Assembly: GCA_046483305.1 (NCBI GenBank)
Contig: JAWODM010000041.1
Span: 16,486 to 80,485 of the forward strand
Direction of reading: 5' to 3'
DNA length: 64,000 bases
Source: Candidatus Krumholzibacteriales bacterium
GTDB lineage: Bacteria > Krumholzibacteriota > Krumholzibacteriia > Krumholzibacteriales > WJIX01
In this document: in pieces, positions 18,566-29,194 of the stretch
Layout of the letters: every line of letters starts with the position of its first letter
Numbering within the stretch: position 1 is the stretch's first letter
Position numbers and translations under genes: made by a program
Notes under the pieces: generated by a model
Seen by the model: only the letters and a program-made list of their open reading frames with translations
Told to the model about the DNA's origin: nothing
Databases searched by the model: none

Positions 18566-21500
18566 ATGGAAACAACTACCGGTGAAAAGAAGAGAAAATC
18601 CCGTTTCATGATAAATACTGATATAGGGGAATACCCCCCCTGGCAGGGTTACGACGCTACCGACCTTCTTAACGCCAATAACTACCTCCTGTTTTCCTTC
18701 CTCCCCCCCCGCAATATCTCCCTGTCACTGGAAGACCTGCATATGAGAAGCAATCTTTTCGGGGAACTCGACAGCGCCACACTGCCGATTCTTTCGCTGG
18801 AGAAAAACGGCAGGGAAATAATCTTTCTCCTTCGCAGATACAACCTTACCGGGCTTAAGGACCACCTGGCTAAAGCCGGTAACGGCGAACGCCTGGAAAT
18901 TCTCAGGAAGATTGCGGCTACGGTATTCGCCGGATGGAACAGGGGGCTCTACTTTAACAATATTACTCTGGAGTCATTATCCATAGTGGACGGCCACCCT
19001 GTAATTCTTCCCACTGCCTATCTCATCCCTCCGGGTATCGCTGCCGGCCTGACGGAGCGGGATGCGACCGGAAATGATTCGTGCCCCCGTCTATTCGCGG
19101 ACATGAGGAGCCTGGGAGAGATTTTTTCTTTCTTCCAGACTTTTTTAAGCGGGGAGGAGTCCAGATCGTGCGCGGATATCGCCGGCAAACTGAGAGATCC
19201 GGATTGCAGAGGGACTTCCGCGGAGCTGTTCAAAACTCTTGATATGATAAAAAACTTTCTGGGGATGGAAGAAGAGTTGGGAGCCGTTACCACCAGGGAA
19301 GAACTCCTGCTGCCCCCTCCGGACAGAATTAGAGAGAAAATTGTCGAATCTCTTGAAGGAATGGAAGACGGCGGGGTAATTTTCATACGCGGGGAAAACG
19401 GAGAGGGTAAGAGTTCGCTTCTGAAGATCATACTTGACGAGATTCTCCCGGGGTACGGATTTTCCGGAAGAATGCTGAGCCAGGATCAGCTCTTCTCCGC
19501 GGAACCGGAGATTGAGCTTTCGAGAGACGAACATTCCGAATGCATCCTATTTGACGACCACCTTCAGAATCCCTTTCTGTGCTGCCATATATCTTATAAA
19601 ATACTCCGGTATGCCAGGAATGGCAGCCCGGTTATATGCGCGGTGGGAAGCTCCACCCCGGAATACTTCATCGAACCTCTAATCCGGGATTGCCGGCGAT
19701 ACTCCATGCCGGTCGAAACGATCGAACTGCCGCAGCCGGATGAAGGGGAAAAACTTCAGTTGCTGGCCGGAAAACTCCCTCCGGAAAAATTCAGTGAGTA
19801 TAATGAGAAGCCTGGTACTTCCGGAAGAATGATATGGATAAATTATGCGGTTAACCTCTTCCTTCTCAGCGGCGAAAAGGAAGCTGAGCGGCTGGATGGG
19901 CCCGCCCTTCTGAACCGGATAGGTTCGATGGAAAAGTCCATACTTACTTTCATGGCGGTTTTCAAATTCAACATCCCCCTGGTCATACTTAAAAAGGTCT
20001 ATTCCACAACCGAAGACAGTTTTTTCCGCGCTCTCCAGAACCTGATTAACCTGGGCCTGGTCAGTGAAAAAGCCGGCGAGTCAAAACTCTCCCGGGGAAC
20101 TCTCTGCCAGCTGTTCAGCCTGAGCAGCAGAACCCTGGCTGAAGAAATAAGGGGATCTATCCCCGCGGAGAGGAGAATTCAGCTTAATTCCAACATAGTA
20201 ATGTTACTGGAAAATATTCCGGGGATCCCGTCCGCCTACAGAAACTACCACCTGCTTCACAGCGGCGAGAAAGAAAGCGCCGCGGCCAATTACTACAAAA
20301 GCTTCCGCAAATTTCTCGGCCAGGGAAGCTCAAGCTCTATAAGCTGTATATTTTCCAGCTTCAGCAACGCCGAGCTTTACAACTATCTTCCTTTGGAGAT
20401 GTACGCGAAACTCCTGGTGGAAGCCGGGGACCACTTCTCATTTGCCGGGCAGTTTGACGAAGCCAGAAATTACTATGAGAAGTGCAGAGAGTATATAAGC
20501 AGCCACCGGCAGGAGAACAAGCTTCGTTCGCTCTACGTGGAAACGATAAGAAAAGAATGCGATATTCTGGAAAGAAGAGGCAACTTCCAGCAGGCAGAGA
20601 AAATTCTCAGAAGAACCATCGAAGAATACTCCGAGCAATGCACCCTTAAAGAGTGCTCCAAACTGTACAACGACCTGGCCTGGGTGTACTACCGGCTCGG
20701 CCAGTTTGATAAATCCTGGCAGAACTGCATCAAGGTTCAGAAACTGGTGGACAAGAAAGAGCTCTACAGCGAACTTGCCCAGTCTTACAACATCATGGGG
20801 ACTATAAACTGGAACCGGAGCAAATACGAAGAAGCCATATTCTGCCACAGCAAATGCCTCAGCCTCAGAGAACAGAGCAATGACAGGGCAGGGATCGCGT
20901 CCAGCTTCAATAATCTGGGCCTGGTTTACCGATCCAGCGGAAAGGCTGAAGAAGCGATCGAATGTTTCAGTAAAAGCATGAAAATTAAGCAGAAGATTAA
21001 CAACATACCGGGCCTGGCGGCTGCTTATCTGAACCTCTCGCTGGTATATCTGGACAAGGAGGATTTCGGCAGGGCTCTGGAGAATTCCGAAACCGCCTGC
21101 AGTTACGCCGAAAAGACCGGCAACCTGGAATTGCTGGCCCAGGCATACGGCACTATCGGAGAAATCAATTACCTCAAGGGGGAATATGATACCGCCGACG
21201 ATTACTACAAGAAAGCCCTGGATATCTGCCGGAAAACAAAATCAACCCGGGAAGAAGCTATCGTACTGAGAAGGATGAGCCAGCTTTACCTTGTCATGGA
21301 CCAGGCGTCAATGGCAGATAATTTCCTTCGGCAGGCCCGGAAATACAACAGCAGGATCGGATCGCACCTGGAAACAGCCCTGCTCAATGAAGTGGAGGGA
21401 GAACTTCTGGTAAAAAGCGGGGAGCGGGAAGCCGGTATTTCAACACTGGAGAAGGCGGCTCTGGAACTTTCACTCCTGGGAAGAAAGAACCGCGCGGCCA

Positions 21501-23212
21501 TCATCAATATAAAACTCGGGGAACTGTACCTGGAATCAGGCAACGAACCCCTGTCCAGAGAATACCTGATCCGTTCAATTTCTCTGGCTGAGAATAACCG
21601 AAGGGCGCAGAAAAGAATAAGCGATCTCGAATCCAGGCTTAAGGAACTTTCCGAATACGGCAAGGCGGGCAGAGATAACGATTCTGAGTATTACAGGATC
21701 CTCTGCCGGACCATTTCACTTCTGAGAACCATAAGTGAACCTGAAAAACTCTATGATACGGTGATAGAAACCGTCCTTCAGCTCACCGGGATGGAAAGGG
21801 CCTTGATCGCGGTGCGCGACAACCCCCGGGATTATTACACCGTCCTCACCTCAACCGGAGATTTTGAAAAAGGCCGGAAACTGTCATATGAAGACGATAT
21901 TGTCTCTATCATCAATATCGTAAACCAGATGGGATATACTCTCGATACATCCAGGATTTCCCTCCCACTGGATAAGGTAAGCGATAATTTCCTGAAGGAA
22001 CATCCGCGGATTCTATGTGTCCCCCTGAAGTTGAAGGGTGATCCCAACGGCTGTCTGTACCTTGACGCCTCACGCCTCGACCCGGAGATGGACGACAAGA
22101 ACAAGGAGCTGCTTCTGGCGATAATTCAGCAGACGGCAACTTCTCTGGAGAGGACCCTGATGGAGGAAACCCGCTCCTCTCAGGGCGGTCAGATACCAAC
22201 TCCCCCGGAAAGGAAAGGGGCTGGCGCCAAGAAATTCGATCATATCGTGAGCGAATCTTCGGCGATGTCGTCGGTATGCGAACTCCTCGAAGGAGTAAAG
22301 GAAATGGACACCACGGTTATCCTTACCGGCGAGAGCGGAACCGGAAAGGACCTGATCGTCAAAACCATTCATTATTCGAGCTCAAGAAAGGATTATAAAT
22401 TCCAGGCGGTGAATGTATCCGCTCTGCCGAAAGATCTTCTGGAAAGTGAGCTTTTCGGACATGAGAAAGGCTCCTTCACCGGAGCCTACAGGCAGAAGAA
22501 AGGGCATTTCGAGACAGCGGGAAAGGGAACCATATTCCTGAACGAAATTGGCGACCTGCCTCTCTCTCTGCAGCCAAAACTGCTCCAGGTCCTGGAAGAG
22601 AGAACTTTCTTCAGGGTAGGCGGAACCGAAGAGATCAGGACAGAGGCCAGGATTATTACAGCCACCAACAAGAACCTTCAGAAGCTGGTCAAAAAAGGTG
22701 CATTCAGGGAAGACCTCTACTACAGAATTAACATATTCCCCATTCGCATACCGTCACTCAGGGATAGAAAAGAAGATATTGCGCCGCTATGCGAACACTT
22801 CCTGGAAATGTACTGCAGGCTTTACAATCATCCGCTGAAGAGCATATCCCCGGAAGCGATGAGCTACCTGCAGAAGTATGACTGGCCCGGTAATATCAGG
22901 CAGCTCGAAAGCGTCATCATCAGAATGATTATCGTATCCGGAAATGACCTGATAACCGCCGGAGACCTTCCCGAGAAAATAATCAGATATTCTGACGAAT
23001 ACAGGATCGAGGAAACAATATCCTTCCAGGATACCATCGAGAATCTGGTGGAGATAATGGATTTTGACTCCGAAGATCCGATTTTGCCCAAAGTGGAGAA
23101 CTCAGTTATCAGGAAAGTCGTCGATCTGGTGGGAGACAAGACCCGGGCGGCTTCCATCCTCGGAATTTCCAAACCAACTCTCTACAAACGACTGAAAAAT
23201 AATGAAAAGTAA
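18566..23212 (+). CDS. Giant sigma54-dependent activator (degenerate kinase-like, P-loop NTPase, TPR, GAF, AAA+, Fis-HTH)
   Basis: GENGEGKS; about 8 TPRs; GAF-like region; GESGTGKD, ESELFGHEKGSFTGA, FREDLYYRI, WPGNIRQL; HTH KTRAASILGISKPTLY. Confidence 0.88.
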   Translation: METTTGEKKRKSRFMINTDIGEYPPWQGYDATDLLNANNYLLFSFLPPRNISLSLEDLHMRSNLFGELDSATLPILSLEKNGREIIFLLRRYNLTGLKDHLAKAGNGERLEILRKIAATVFAGWNRGLYFNNITLESLSIVDGHPVILPTAYLIPPGIAAGLTERDATGNDSCPRLFADMRSLGEIFSFFQTFLSGEESRSCADIAGKLRDPDCRGTSAELFKTLDMIKNFLGMEEELGAVTTREELLLPPPDRIREKIVESLEGMEDGGVIFIRGENGEGKSSLLKIILDEILPGYGFSGRMLSQDQLFSAEPEIELSRDEHSECILFDDHLQNPFLCCHISYKILRYARNGSPVICAVGSSTPEYFIEPLIRDCRRYSMPVETIELPQPDEGEKLQLLAGKLPPEKFSEYNEKPGTSGRMIWINYAVNLFLLSGEKEAERLDGPALLNRIGSMEKSILTFMAVFKFNIPLVILKKVYSTTEDSFFRALQNLINLGLVSEKAGESKLSRGTLCQLFSLSSRTLAEEIRGSIPAERRIQLNSNIVMLLENIPGIPSAYRNYHLLHSGEKESAAANYYKSFRKFLGQGSSSSISCIFSSFSNAELYNYLPLEMYAKLLVEAGDHFSFAGQFDEARNYYEKCREYISSHRQENKLRSLYVETIRKECDILERRGNFQQAEKILRRTIEEYSEQCTLKECSKLYNDLAWVYYRLGQFDKSWQNCIKVQKLVDKKELYSELAQSYNIMGTINWNRSKYEEAIFCHSKCLSLREQSNDRAGIASSFNNLGLVYRSSGKAEEAIECFSKSMKIKQKINNIPGLAAAYLNLSLVYLDKEDFGRALENSETACSYAEKTGNLELLAQAYGTIGEINYLKGEYDTADDYYKKALDICRKTKSTREEAIVLRRMSQLYLVMDQASMADNFLRQARKYNSRIGSHLETALLNEVEGELLVKSGEREAGISTLEKAALELSLLGRKNRAAIINIKLGELYLESGNEPLSREYLIRSISLAENNRRAQKRISDLESRLKELSEYGKAGRDNDSEYYRILCRTISLLRTISEPEKLYDTVIETVLQLTGMERALIAVRDNPRDYYTVLTSTGDFEKGRKLSYEDDIVSIINIVNQMGYTLDTSRISLPLDKVSDNFLKEHPRILCVPLKLKGDPNGCLYLDASRLDPEMDDKNKELLLAIIQQTATSLERTLMEETRSSQGGQIPTPPERKGAGAKKFDHIVSESSAMSSVCELLEGVKEMDTTVILTGESGTGKDLIVKTIHYSSSRKDYKFQAVNVSALPKDLLESELFGHEKGSFTGAYRQKKGHFETAGKGTIFLNEIGDLPLSLQPKLLQVLEERTFFRVGGTEEIRTEARIITATNKNLQKLVKKGAFREDLYYRINIFPIRIPSLRDRKEDIAPLCEHFLEMYCRLYNHPLKSISPEAMSYLQKYDWPGNIRQLESVIIRMIIVSGNDLITAGDLPEKIIRYSDEYRIEETISFQDTIENLVEIMDFDSEDPILPKVENSVIRKVVDLVGDKTRAASILGISKPTLYKRLKNNEK

Positions 23213-24086
23213 CATCTCAAAAAGAAACCTGGCGCTCATCAGGTTCAGCGTGATCGTATTCATAATACTGCTGGCGTTATATATACCCCTGAAAATTCAT
23301 ATCAGCAAAGAGGAAGGTTCGCCGCCAATCGAGCATCAGGTCAGATTCGATATGATGATCACCCGAAACCTTTCCTGTGCTCTCACCCGCGGCGGCGGTT
23401 GCGCTAGCGGGGAGCGGATCGCGGAGATAATAGAGAACAATAACCCTTCGCTGCTTATCGACTATATGGAAATCACCCCGGGGCTTCTGAAAGCGGGGGC
23501 GCGAATGGAAGACCTTCCCATCGAAAAGTTAAAAAAAACCGGTTATCACGCGGTCGTCCCGGTAATCAGCGACGAAAATCCGCCGGAAGTCCTCTCCGGC
23601 TCCTTTCGGCTGTTGCAGCTCCCTCTGCCGCTGACCTCGGCCAATATCGTTCCCGGCAGAGAGGGCGGAAATAACCTCAGTCAGTGGATAATAGCAGGTA
23701 TAGAAGGACAACAGACGAAAACCGGCGAAAGAAGGGAGATCAAGGCGGGGATATTCAGCATCTCCCCTGCGGATTCCGTTCAGCCGGAATACAGCAGATT
23801 CAATAAGTACAATATCATAAATCCGAAAATAGCGGCCCTGGAAGCTATCAACCGTATGAAGAGAGAGGGCTGCCACATTGTAATAGCTGTCTGCGGAGCA
23901 GGTGGTGAGAGAGAACTTCTCGGCCTTCCGGGGATCGACATTATTCTGGAGAAAGCCGGGCAGACAACGACCAGCTCGAGCAAACAGCGAGTTAAGGTGA
24001 ATTTCGGGGGAAGCGGCCTGCCGGCCGATATTTTCAGGGTGTTTTATTCAGCTGATTCAATCCGGGTTTCCCGGGTGGAATATTAA
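23202..24086 (+). CDS. Membrane-anchored hypothetical protein, weak similarity to 5'-nucleotidase metallophosphatase domain
   Basis: N-terminal TM; GYHAVV, KAGIFSI, P...A...I..MK..GCHIVIAV, PGIDIIL pattern; catalytic motifs not evident. Confidence 0.5.
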   Translation: MKSNISKRNLALIRFSVIVFIILLALYIPLKIHISKEEGSPPIEHQVRFDMMITRNLSCALTRGGGCASGERIAEIIENNNPSLLIDYMEITPGLLKAGARMEDLPIEKLKKTGYHAVVPVISDENPPEVLSGSFRLLQLPLPLTSANIVPGREGGNNLSQWIIAGIEGQQTKTGERREIKAGIFSISPADSVQPEYSRFNKYNIINPKIAALEAINRMKREGCHIVIAVCGAGGERELLGLPGIDIILEKAGQTTTSSSKQRVKVNFGGSGLPADIFRVFYSADSIRVSRVEY

Positions 24087-24105
24087 CAGATGAAAGGAAA
24101 AAATA

Positions 24106-24861
24106 TTGCTGCTTTCAACAATGAAGGAATACCTCGACAACCTGCTTCAGATAAGTGAATTCAACTCGGATTCCTCCCTCAACGGCCTTCAGGTGGAAGG
24201 TTCCGGGAGAATAAGCAAAATATCTCTGGCGGTGGACGCCTGCAGGGCCTCCATCGGCAGAGCGGCCAGAAACGGATCAGACCTTCTGATAGTACATCAC
24301 GGCCTCTTCTGGGGAGAGCAGAAACCGGTAACCGGAATCATGAAGGACAGGATAGAGCTTCTTATAAGCAACAGAATTTCCCTGTACGCGGCGCACCTCC
24401 CGCTGGACGCCCACCCCTCTCTCGGTAATAACGCTCAACTGGCTGAACTTCTCGAGCTGGAGAAATGCAGCCGCTTCGGTGAGTACGGAGGAAGGGAGAT
24501 AGGAATAACCGGCGAACTGCCGCGAAGCATCACCGCGCGGGGGCTGGCCAGAAAGATCGGATACCTTCTCTCAGCCCGGGTCGAATCATTCGATTTCGGC
24601 AAACAGAGGCTGAAGAAACTCGCGGTGGTATCGGGAGCGGGGGCTTCGCTGGCGGATCAGGCTGCATCGGCGGGCTGTGACGCTCTTCTGACCGGGGAAA
24701 AATCGCATTCAGTATATCACAACGCGTATGAGCGGAGGTTAACACTCTTTTGCGCGGGGCATTACGCCACCGAGACAGTGGGAATAAAAGCTCTGGGAAA
24801 ACACCTCGAAACAGAGTTCAGGGTTGAAACAGTATTCCTTGATATTCCCACCGGTATATGA
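24106..24861 (+). CDS. Nif3-like dinuclear metal-centre protein (YbgI family)
   Basis: NGLQVEG, LAVDA, VHHGLFW, HLPLDAH, GNN, TGE, GHYATE. Confidence 0.93.
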   Translation: MLLSTMKEYLDNLLQISEFNSDSSLNGLQVEGSGRISKISLAVDACRASIGRAARNGSDLLIVHHGLFWGEQKPVTGIMKDRIELLISNRISLYAAHLPLDAHPSLGNNAQLAELLELEKCSRFGEYGGREIGITGELPRSITARGLARKIGYLLSARVESFDFGKQRLKKLAVVSGAGASLADQAASAGCDALLTGEKSHSVYHNAYERRLTLFCAGHYATETVGIKALGKHLETEFRVETVFLDIPTGI

Positions 24862-24898
24862 GACCGGGCCCGGGTATTATTTCCCCGCGTAAAGTCTA

Positions 24899-26362
24899 TT
24901 ACCGGCCGTTACGGCAGACTCTGAATCCGAAATCGGGCGAAGCAAGAAAGACGCTGTGGCTAAGCCGCTCAGCGGTATAACACATCTCTTGAAGGTCAAC
25001 ATTCCAGCTTCCGCCCCTGCCTGTTCTTGCGCCCCCGCTGAACGGCCCTCTGGGATTAACCGAAGCGGAAACGCTGTAGTAATCGGCATCGTAAAAATCC
25101 CAGCACCATTCCCAAACATTCCCGCTCATATCATACAGGTCCAGGCTGTTAGGATTGAGCCCCCCTACCCTGTGAGTTTTCATTCCGGAATTTCCGCTGT
25201 GCCAGACACATTCATCGGGGTCAGGGAAGAGATTACTCCCGCTATGTTTAACCCCATCGGAGAAGCTGTTTCCGTTAATATACCTGGCCGCGCATTCCCA
25301 CTCCGCCTCGGTGGGCAGCCGGAATCCGTCCGCTTCCCAGTCCACGCAGGAGCTGTCGATATCTGTTTCAATGGATGAGTCCTTATAGACCTGCAGCAGT
25401 GAAGAAGTCCTGTAATATACGGGTGAATACCCTTCCATTTCCGAAAATGCGTTGCACCAGGCCGCGCAATCGCGCCAGTTGACCATCACCACCGGATGCT
25501 GGTTCGTTGTATTGCTTCCGTATCCGGGCTGCCCCTCATTGGCGAAGCTGTAGCCGTTCGATTCTCCCCAGGTCTTAACCTTTGACCACAGGTAGTAGGT
25601 CACTTCGAATCTGCCGACAAGGAAGGAATCCAGGGTTACCCGGTGAACGGGCAGTTCGTCACTCTCAATTCCCCCTCCCATCGCAAAATCAGACACGCCG
25701 GGAACGGATACCATGGAATGAGTCAAATAAATTGTTATCGAGTCTGAATCGCTGTTTCCGTCGCTGTCAAAACCTGCAAGAACTATAAGATGCACCTGGC
25801 CGGAGAGCTGGTCTGTACTGAAAGTATTCCCAACTCCTATTCCACCGTCCAGGTCTGAGGTCCATACCAGCTGATTTCCGGTCAGCAGCCCATCCTCGCA
25901 ATCCGTGCCTTCCCCGTTGAAGCTGATCATCTCTCCCTGGTAGAATGAACTCTGATCATCCGGCGAGATTATATTTACCACCGGCGGTTCATTGCTGGTA
26001 ACATGTATGGTCACTTCATCGGAGGCGCAGTTATCTTCCATGTCACATCCTCTGAGAAGTATATTATGGGTATTAATCGAAAGGTTGTTCCTGGTGAAAG
26101 AGTATCCGGTACCAATGGTATCATCCTGGTCCGATACCCAGACCAGCGCATCAGGCTGCAGCCCTACTCCTTTGTAATTTTCCGCTTCCGCCAGGAAAGG
26201 AATCGAATCCCCCTCCTGGAAATACTGGTTATTGAAAGGGCTTAAAATCTCCACGCCGGGAGTAAAATCAGGTTCCGGTTCGGCGACCTCCTCCTCGCTG
26301 CAGGAAAAGAGAAGTACGGAAACCATCAGGAACCATGAAAAACAGAACGCTTTTTTCTTCAC
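24899..26362 (-). CDS. Lipoprotein with two Ig-like repeats and C-terminal FGE-sulfatase (SUMF1) domain
   Basis: Lipobox LFSC; two P.V.I.SP...LVW.SD.D..IG.G repeats; RLPTEAEWE, LYDMSGNVWEW, RGGSW, GFRV. Confidence 0.88.
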   Translation of the reverse strand: MKKKAFCFSWFLMVSVLLFSCSEEEVAEPEPDFTPGVEILSPFNNQYFQEGDSIPFLAEAENYKGVGLQPDALVWVSDQDDTIGTGYSFTRNNLSINTHNILLRGCDMEDNCASDEVTIHVTSNEPPVVNIISPDDQSSFYQGEMISFNGEGTDCEDGLLTGNQLVWTSDLDGGIGVGNTFSTDQLSGQVHLIVLAGFDSDGNSDSDSITIYLTHSMVSVPGVSDFAMGGGIESDELPVHRVTLDSFLVGRFEVTYYLWSKVKTWGESNGYSFANEGQPGYGSNTTNQHPVVMVNWRDCAAWCNAFSEMEGYSPVYYRTSSLLQVYKDSSIETDIDSSCVDWEADGFRLPTEAEWECAARYINGNSFSDGVKHSGSNLFPDPDECVWHSGNSGMKTHRVGGLNPNSLDLYDMSGNVWEWCWDFYDADYYSVSASVNPRGPFSGGARTGRGGSWNVDLQEMCYTAERLSHSVFLASPDFGFRVCRNGR

Positions 26363-26539
26363 TTTAATTCCCTTTCAATTATTATTATATTTTCCCTTTC
26401 TGAAAATATAATATAAGATGCGCTGAATTTCACTGAATATATTCGCCCGGGATCGGATTAGAATGGCAGGCCGGCTGTATTACTTCTTGTTAAGCAACTG
26501 GATCATGGAATATAATATCCGCCGGAAGGAGGTATTGAA

Positions 26540-27901
26540 TTGACGGGAAAATCGAATCGAATGACACCTGAGAGAGCCGAATTAATTATTGCAGCCGTCT
26601 GCCTGGCCCTGCTCCTGGCGGGGTGCCACTCCGCTCCGGCTCCGCCGGAACAGCCCGGCCCGGAAGCAGAGCTCCTTACAGAAGAACAGGTCAGGCTGAA
26701 CCTGCAGTCCTTTGACTATGTATGGGAAACCATTAACAGCAATTTCTGGAACCCGGAAATACTGGGCCTGGACTGGAAAAAACTTGGAGATGAATACAGG
26801 AAAAAGGTTGCCGCAGCGGAAACGATGAGTGAAGCCAGGCAGGCTATGAGCGGCCTGCTGGAGGAACTGGGCCATTCCCATTTCGGAATCATACCGGAAG
26901 AGGCCTATCTCGATATAGCCGGGCCGGAAAGCAAGTCATCCACTGCGGGAGAGGTGGGGATAACCGCCAGGATCAGGAATAATAAACCTCTCGTTGTTTC
27001 GGTCAGAGAGGGAAGCTCTTCAGCGGCCGCCGGGGTCAGGCCGGGATGGGAGATAGTTTCCGTAAACAGGGTAGATCTGCGGGAGAGGTTTTCCAATCTG
27101 AGGGAGAATCTGAAGGGGAAACGGTTTCTTGACTATTCACTGAACGCCTCTCTTCTGCATTTAATGACCGGGCCGCCCGGAGATACCCTCGCCATGAGTT
27201 TCATGGATGGATCAGGCAATGAAGTATTGAAATCCCTCCCTCTATATTCGAGGAAGGGAAATCCTCACAAGTTCGGCTATCTGCCGGAATTCTACGTATG
27301 GCTGGATTACTCGGAGATCGATGGCAATATTGGGTATATCTCTTTCAGTTCATTTTTTGATCCCATGCATATTATGCCTGAATTTAATAAAGCGGTGATG
27401 TCATTCCTGGACAGGGACGGGATTATTATCGACATCCGGGGCAATCCGGGCGGTATCGGCGGCATGGCGATGGGGATGGCCGGCTGGTTTATAAATGAAA
27501 GGGGGAGATATCTGGGAAAACTTACTACCAGAGACAGCGAACTTAAACTTATAATCAATCCCCGGCCGGATACCTTCAGAGGGAAGGTGGCAGTGCTGGT
27601 GGATGAGATGTCCACATCCTCGTCGGAGTTTCTCGCCGGGGGACTGCAGGCGATCGGCGCCGCAAAGGTATTCGGAACCAGGACTCCGGGAGCGGCCCTC
27701 CCCTCGGTCATCGACCGCCTGCCCAACGGGGACGCATTCCAGTACGTTATAGGTAATTATACAGCTGAGGACGGGACCAGGCTGGAAGGCAGAGGGGTCA
27801 TTCCCGACTTTGAAATAACCCCGGGAAGGGAACAGCTTCTGGAGAGCGGCGATCCGGTGCTGAAGGCAGCCGTGAATTGGATAAACGGAAATCCGGAATA
27901 G
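26540..27901 (+). CDS. S41-family peptidase lipoprotein with PDZ domain
   Basis: LAGC lipobox, GYISF, IIDIRGNPGG, TSSSEF, EGRGVIPD. Confidence 0.9.
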   Translation: MTGKSNRMTPERAELIIAAVCLALLLAGCHSAPAPPEQPGPEAELLTEEQVRLNLQSFDYVWETINSNFWNPEILGLDWKKLGDEYRKKVAAAETMSEARQAMSGLLEELGHSHFGIIPEEAYLDIAGPESKSSTAGEVGITARIRNNKPLVVSVREGSSSAAAGVRPGWEIVSVNRVDLRERFSNLRENLKGKRFLDYSLNASLLHLMTGPPGDTLAMSFMDGSGNEVLKSLPLYSRKGNPHKFGYLPEFYVWLDYSEIDGNIGYISFSSFFDPMHIMPEFNKAVMSFLDRDGIIIDIRGNPGGIGGMAMGMAGWFINERGRYLGKLTTRDSELKLIINPRPDTFRGKVAVLVDEMSTSSSEFLAGGLQAIGAAKVFGTRTPGAALPSVIDRLPNGDAFQYVIGNYTAEDGTRLEGRGVIPDFEITPGREQLLESGDPVLKAAVNWINGNPE

Positions 27902-27935
27902 AAAACGGGTTAATACAATCAATGAAGGAGACGAG

Positions 27936-28754
27936 ATGTTTCAGAGAAAATACACAAAAAGATTTTCAATTAAATTTATGACTCTTGCCCTGGTGGCGGC
28001 TGCGGCAATCCTGTCCCTGGCCAAACCAGGTCCGGGTTGCCTCGCCTCGGAACTACCCCCGGCCGAAGAAGTGATAGAAAGTTATATAGAAGCAACCGGG
28101 GGCAGGGAGGCTTATGCCAGGATAGATAACATTATGACCACCGGAAAATTCGAGATGCCCGACCAGGGTATGGTCATGAACATAACTTCCTATAACGCGC
28201 GGCCCAACCTGATGTACGCGGTTATCGAATCTCCCCAGCTTGGGAAGATCGAAAGGGGAGTTTCCAGAGAAGGAGTGGCCTGGGAAAACAGCATGATGAC
28301 GGGCCCCTCCATTAAAGAGGGAAAGGAAAAGCGGCAGATGCTGAACGACGCCCTGATAGACAGGATGATCAGGTGGAAAGATATTTACAGCAAGGCGGAG
28401 AACAAGGGAATAGAAGAAGTTGACGGCAAAGAATGCTATAAAGTTGTTTTCACCACTAAAAGCGGAAACGCCGAAACCTCATACTTCGACAGGGAATCCG
28501 GCCTGCTGGTAAAGACCGAAAAAATAGTTCACTCCCAGATGGGCGATATGCCGTCGGTTGCCGCCATCGGGGATTACAGGGAGACAGATGGGATATTGAC
28601 ATCTTTCGTAACCGAAGTCACTCTTATGGGACAGACCAGGAAAATTACCCTGGAAAAGATCGAAACCAATATTGAGCTGCCCGATACTCTCTTTGACCTG
28701 CCGGAAGAGATTGCCTCTCTGCTGGAAAAGAAGAAAGAGGCCGAAACCGAATAG
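27936..28754 (+). CDS. Exported hypothetical protein (LolA-like / lipoprotein-sorting fold candidate)
   Basis: Signal peptide; YIEATGG, YFDRESGLL, DYRETDG, LFDLP motifs. Confidence 0.6.
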   Translation: MFQRKYTKRFSIKFMTLALVAAAAILSLAKPGPGCLASELPPAEEVIESYIEATGGREAYARIDNIMTTGKFEMPDQGMVMNITSYNARPNLMYAVIESPQLGKIERGVSREGVAWENSMMTGPSIKEGKEKRQMLNDALIDRMIRWKDIYSKAENKGIEEVDGKECYKVVFTTKSGNAETSYFDRESGLLVKTEKIVHSQMGDMPSVAAIGDYRETDGILTSFVTEVTLMGQTRKITLEKIETNIELPDTLFDLPEEIASLLEKKKEAETE

Positions 28755-28769
28755 GCAGGGTGATCGATT

Positions 28770-29081
28770 ATGACAAGAGTAATCGCCGAAGTGAAAGTTG
28801 TGCCGCTGGGAACAGGAGATACTTCGCTCAGTGAATATGTGGCCGATGTGGAGAAAATTCTCGAAAAACAGAAGCATCTGAAAACGCTGCTGACACCGAT
28901 GTCCACCATAATAGAGGGCGACCTGGAAGCTGTTCTTGAAGCAGTCAGGAAAATGCACGAAGCGCCCTTCAGGAAAGGAGCGATGAGGGTCTCCACCCAG
29001 ATTTCGATAGATGACCGGCGCGACAGAAACGCCAGCATGGAAAAGAAGCTGGAATCGGTAAGAAAAAGAATGAATGAATAA
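28770..29081 (+). CDS. MTH1187/DUF77 thiamine-binding family protein
   Basis: VVPLGTG..SLSEYVA, PMSTIIEG, RVST.I.IDDRRD. Confidence 0.9.
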   Translation: MTRVIAEVKVVPLGTGDTSLSEYVADVEKILEKQKHLKTLLTPMSTIIEGDLEAVLEAVRKMHEAPFRKGAMRVSTQISIDDRRDRNASMEKKLESVRKRMNE

Positions 29082-29100
29082 CCCCGGCGGCAGGTAAAAA

Positions 29101-29174
29101 AGCGGGAGCCAGGGGTCGAACCTGAATCTGCTATCCAGGAAGGATAGGGCTCTATCCGGTTGAGCTACTCCCGC
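29101..29174 (-). tRNA. tRNA-Gly(UCC), atypical (C32-G38, U37, A51-U63; CCA not encoded)
   Basis: GCGGGAG-UA-GCUC AACCGGAUA GAGC-C-CUAUC CUUCCUG GAUAG-CAGAU-UCAGG UUCGACC CCUGG-CUCCCGC-U; complete cloverleaf, Gly-type acceptor and U73. Confidence 0.85.
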
Positions 29175-29194
29175 CTGTTATGAAAAAAGGAAAT

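Noticed and set aside
24899..25100. FGE-sulfatase C-terminus as a diversity-generating retroelement target
   Set aside because: No template repeat or reverse transcriptase visible in the window.
29101..29174. Reading the tRNA as Arg(CCU) because of A20 and CCU in the loop
   Set aside because: Stem register places UCC at 34-36; acceptor stem and U73 are Gly-type.
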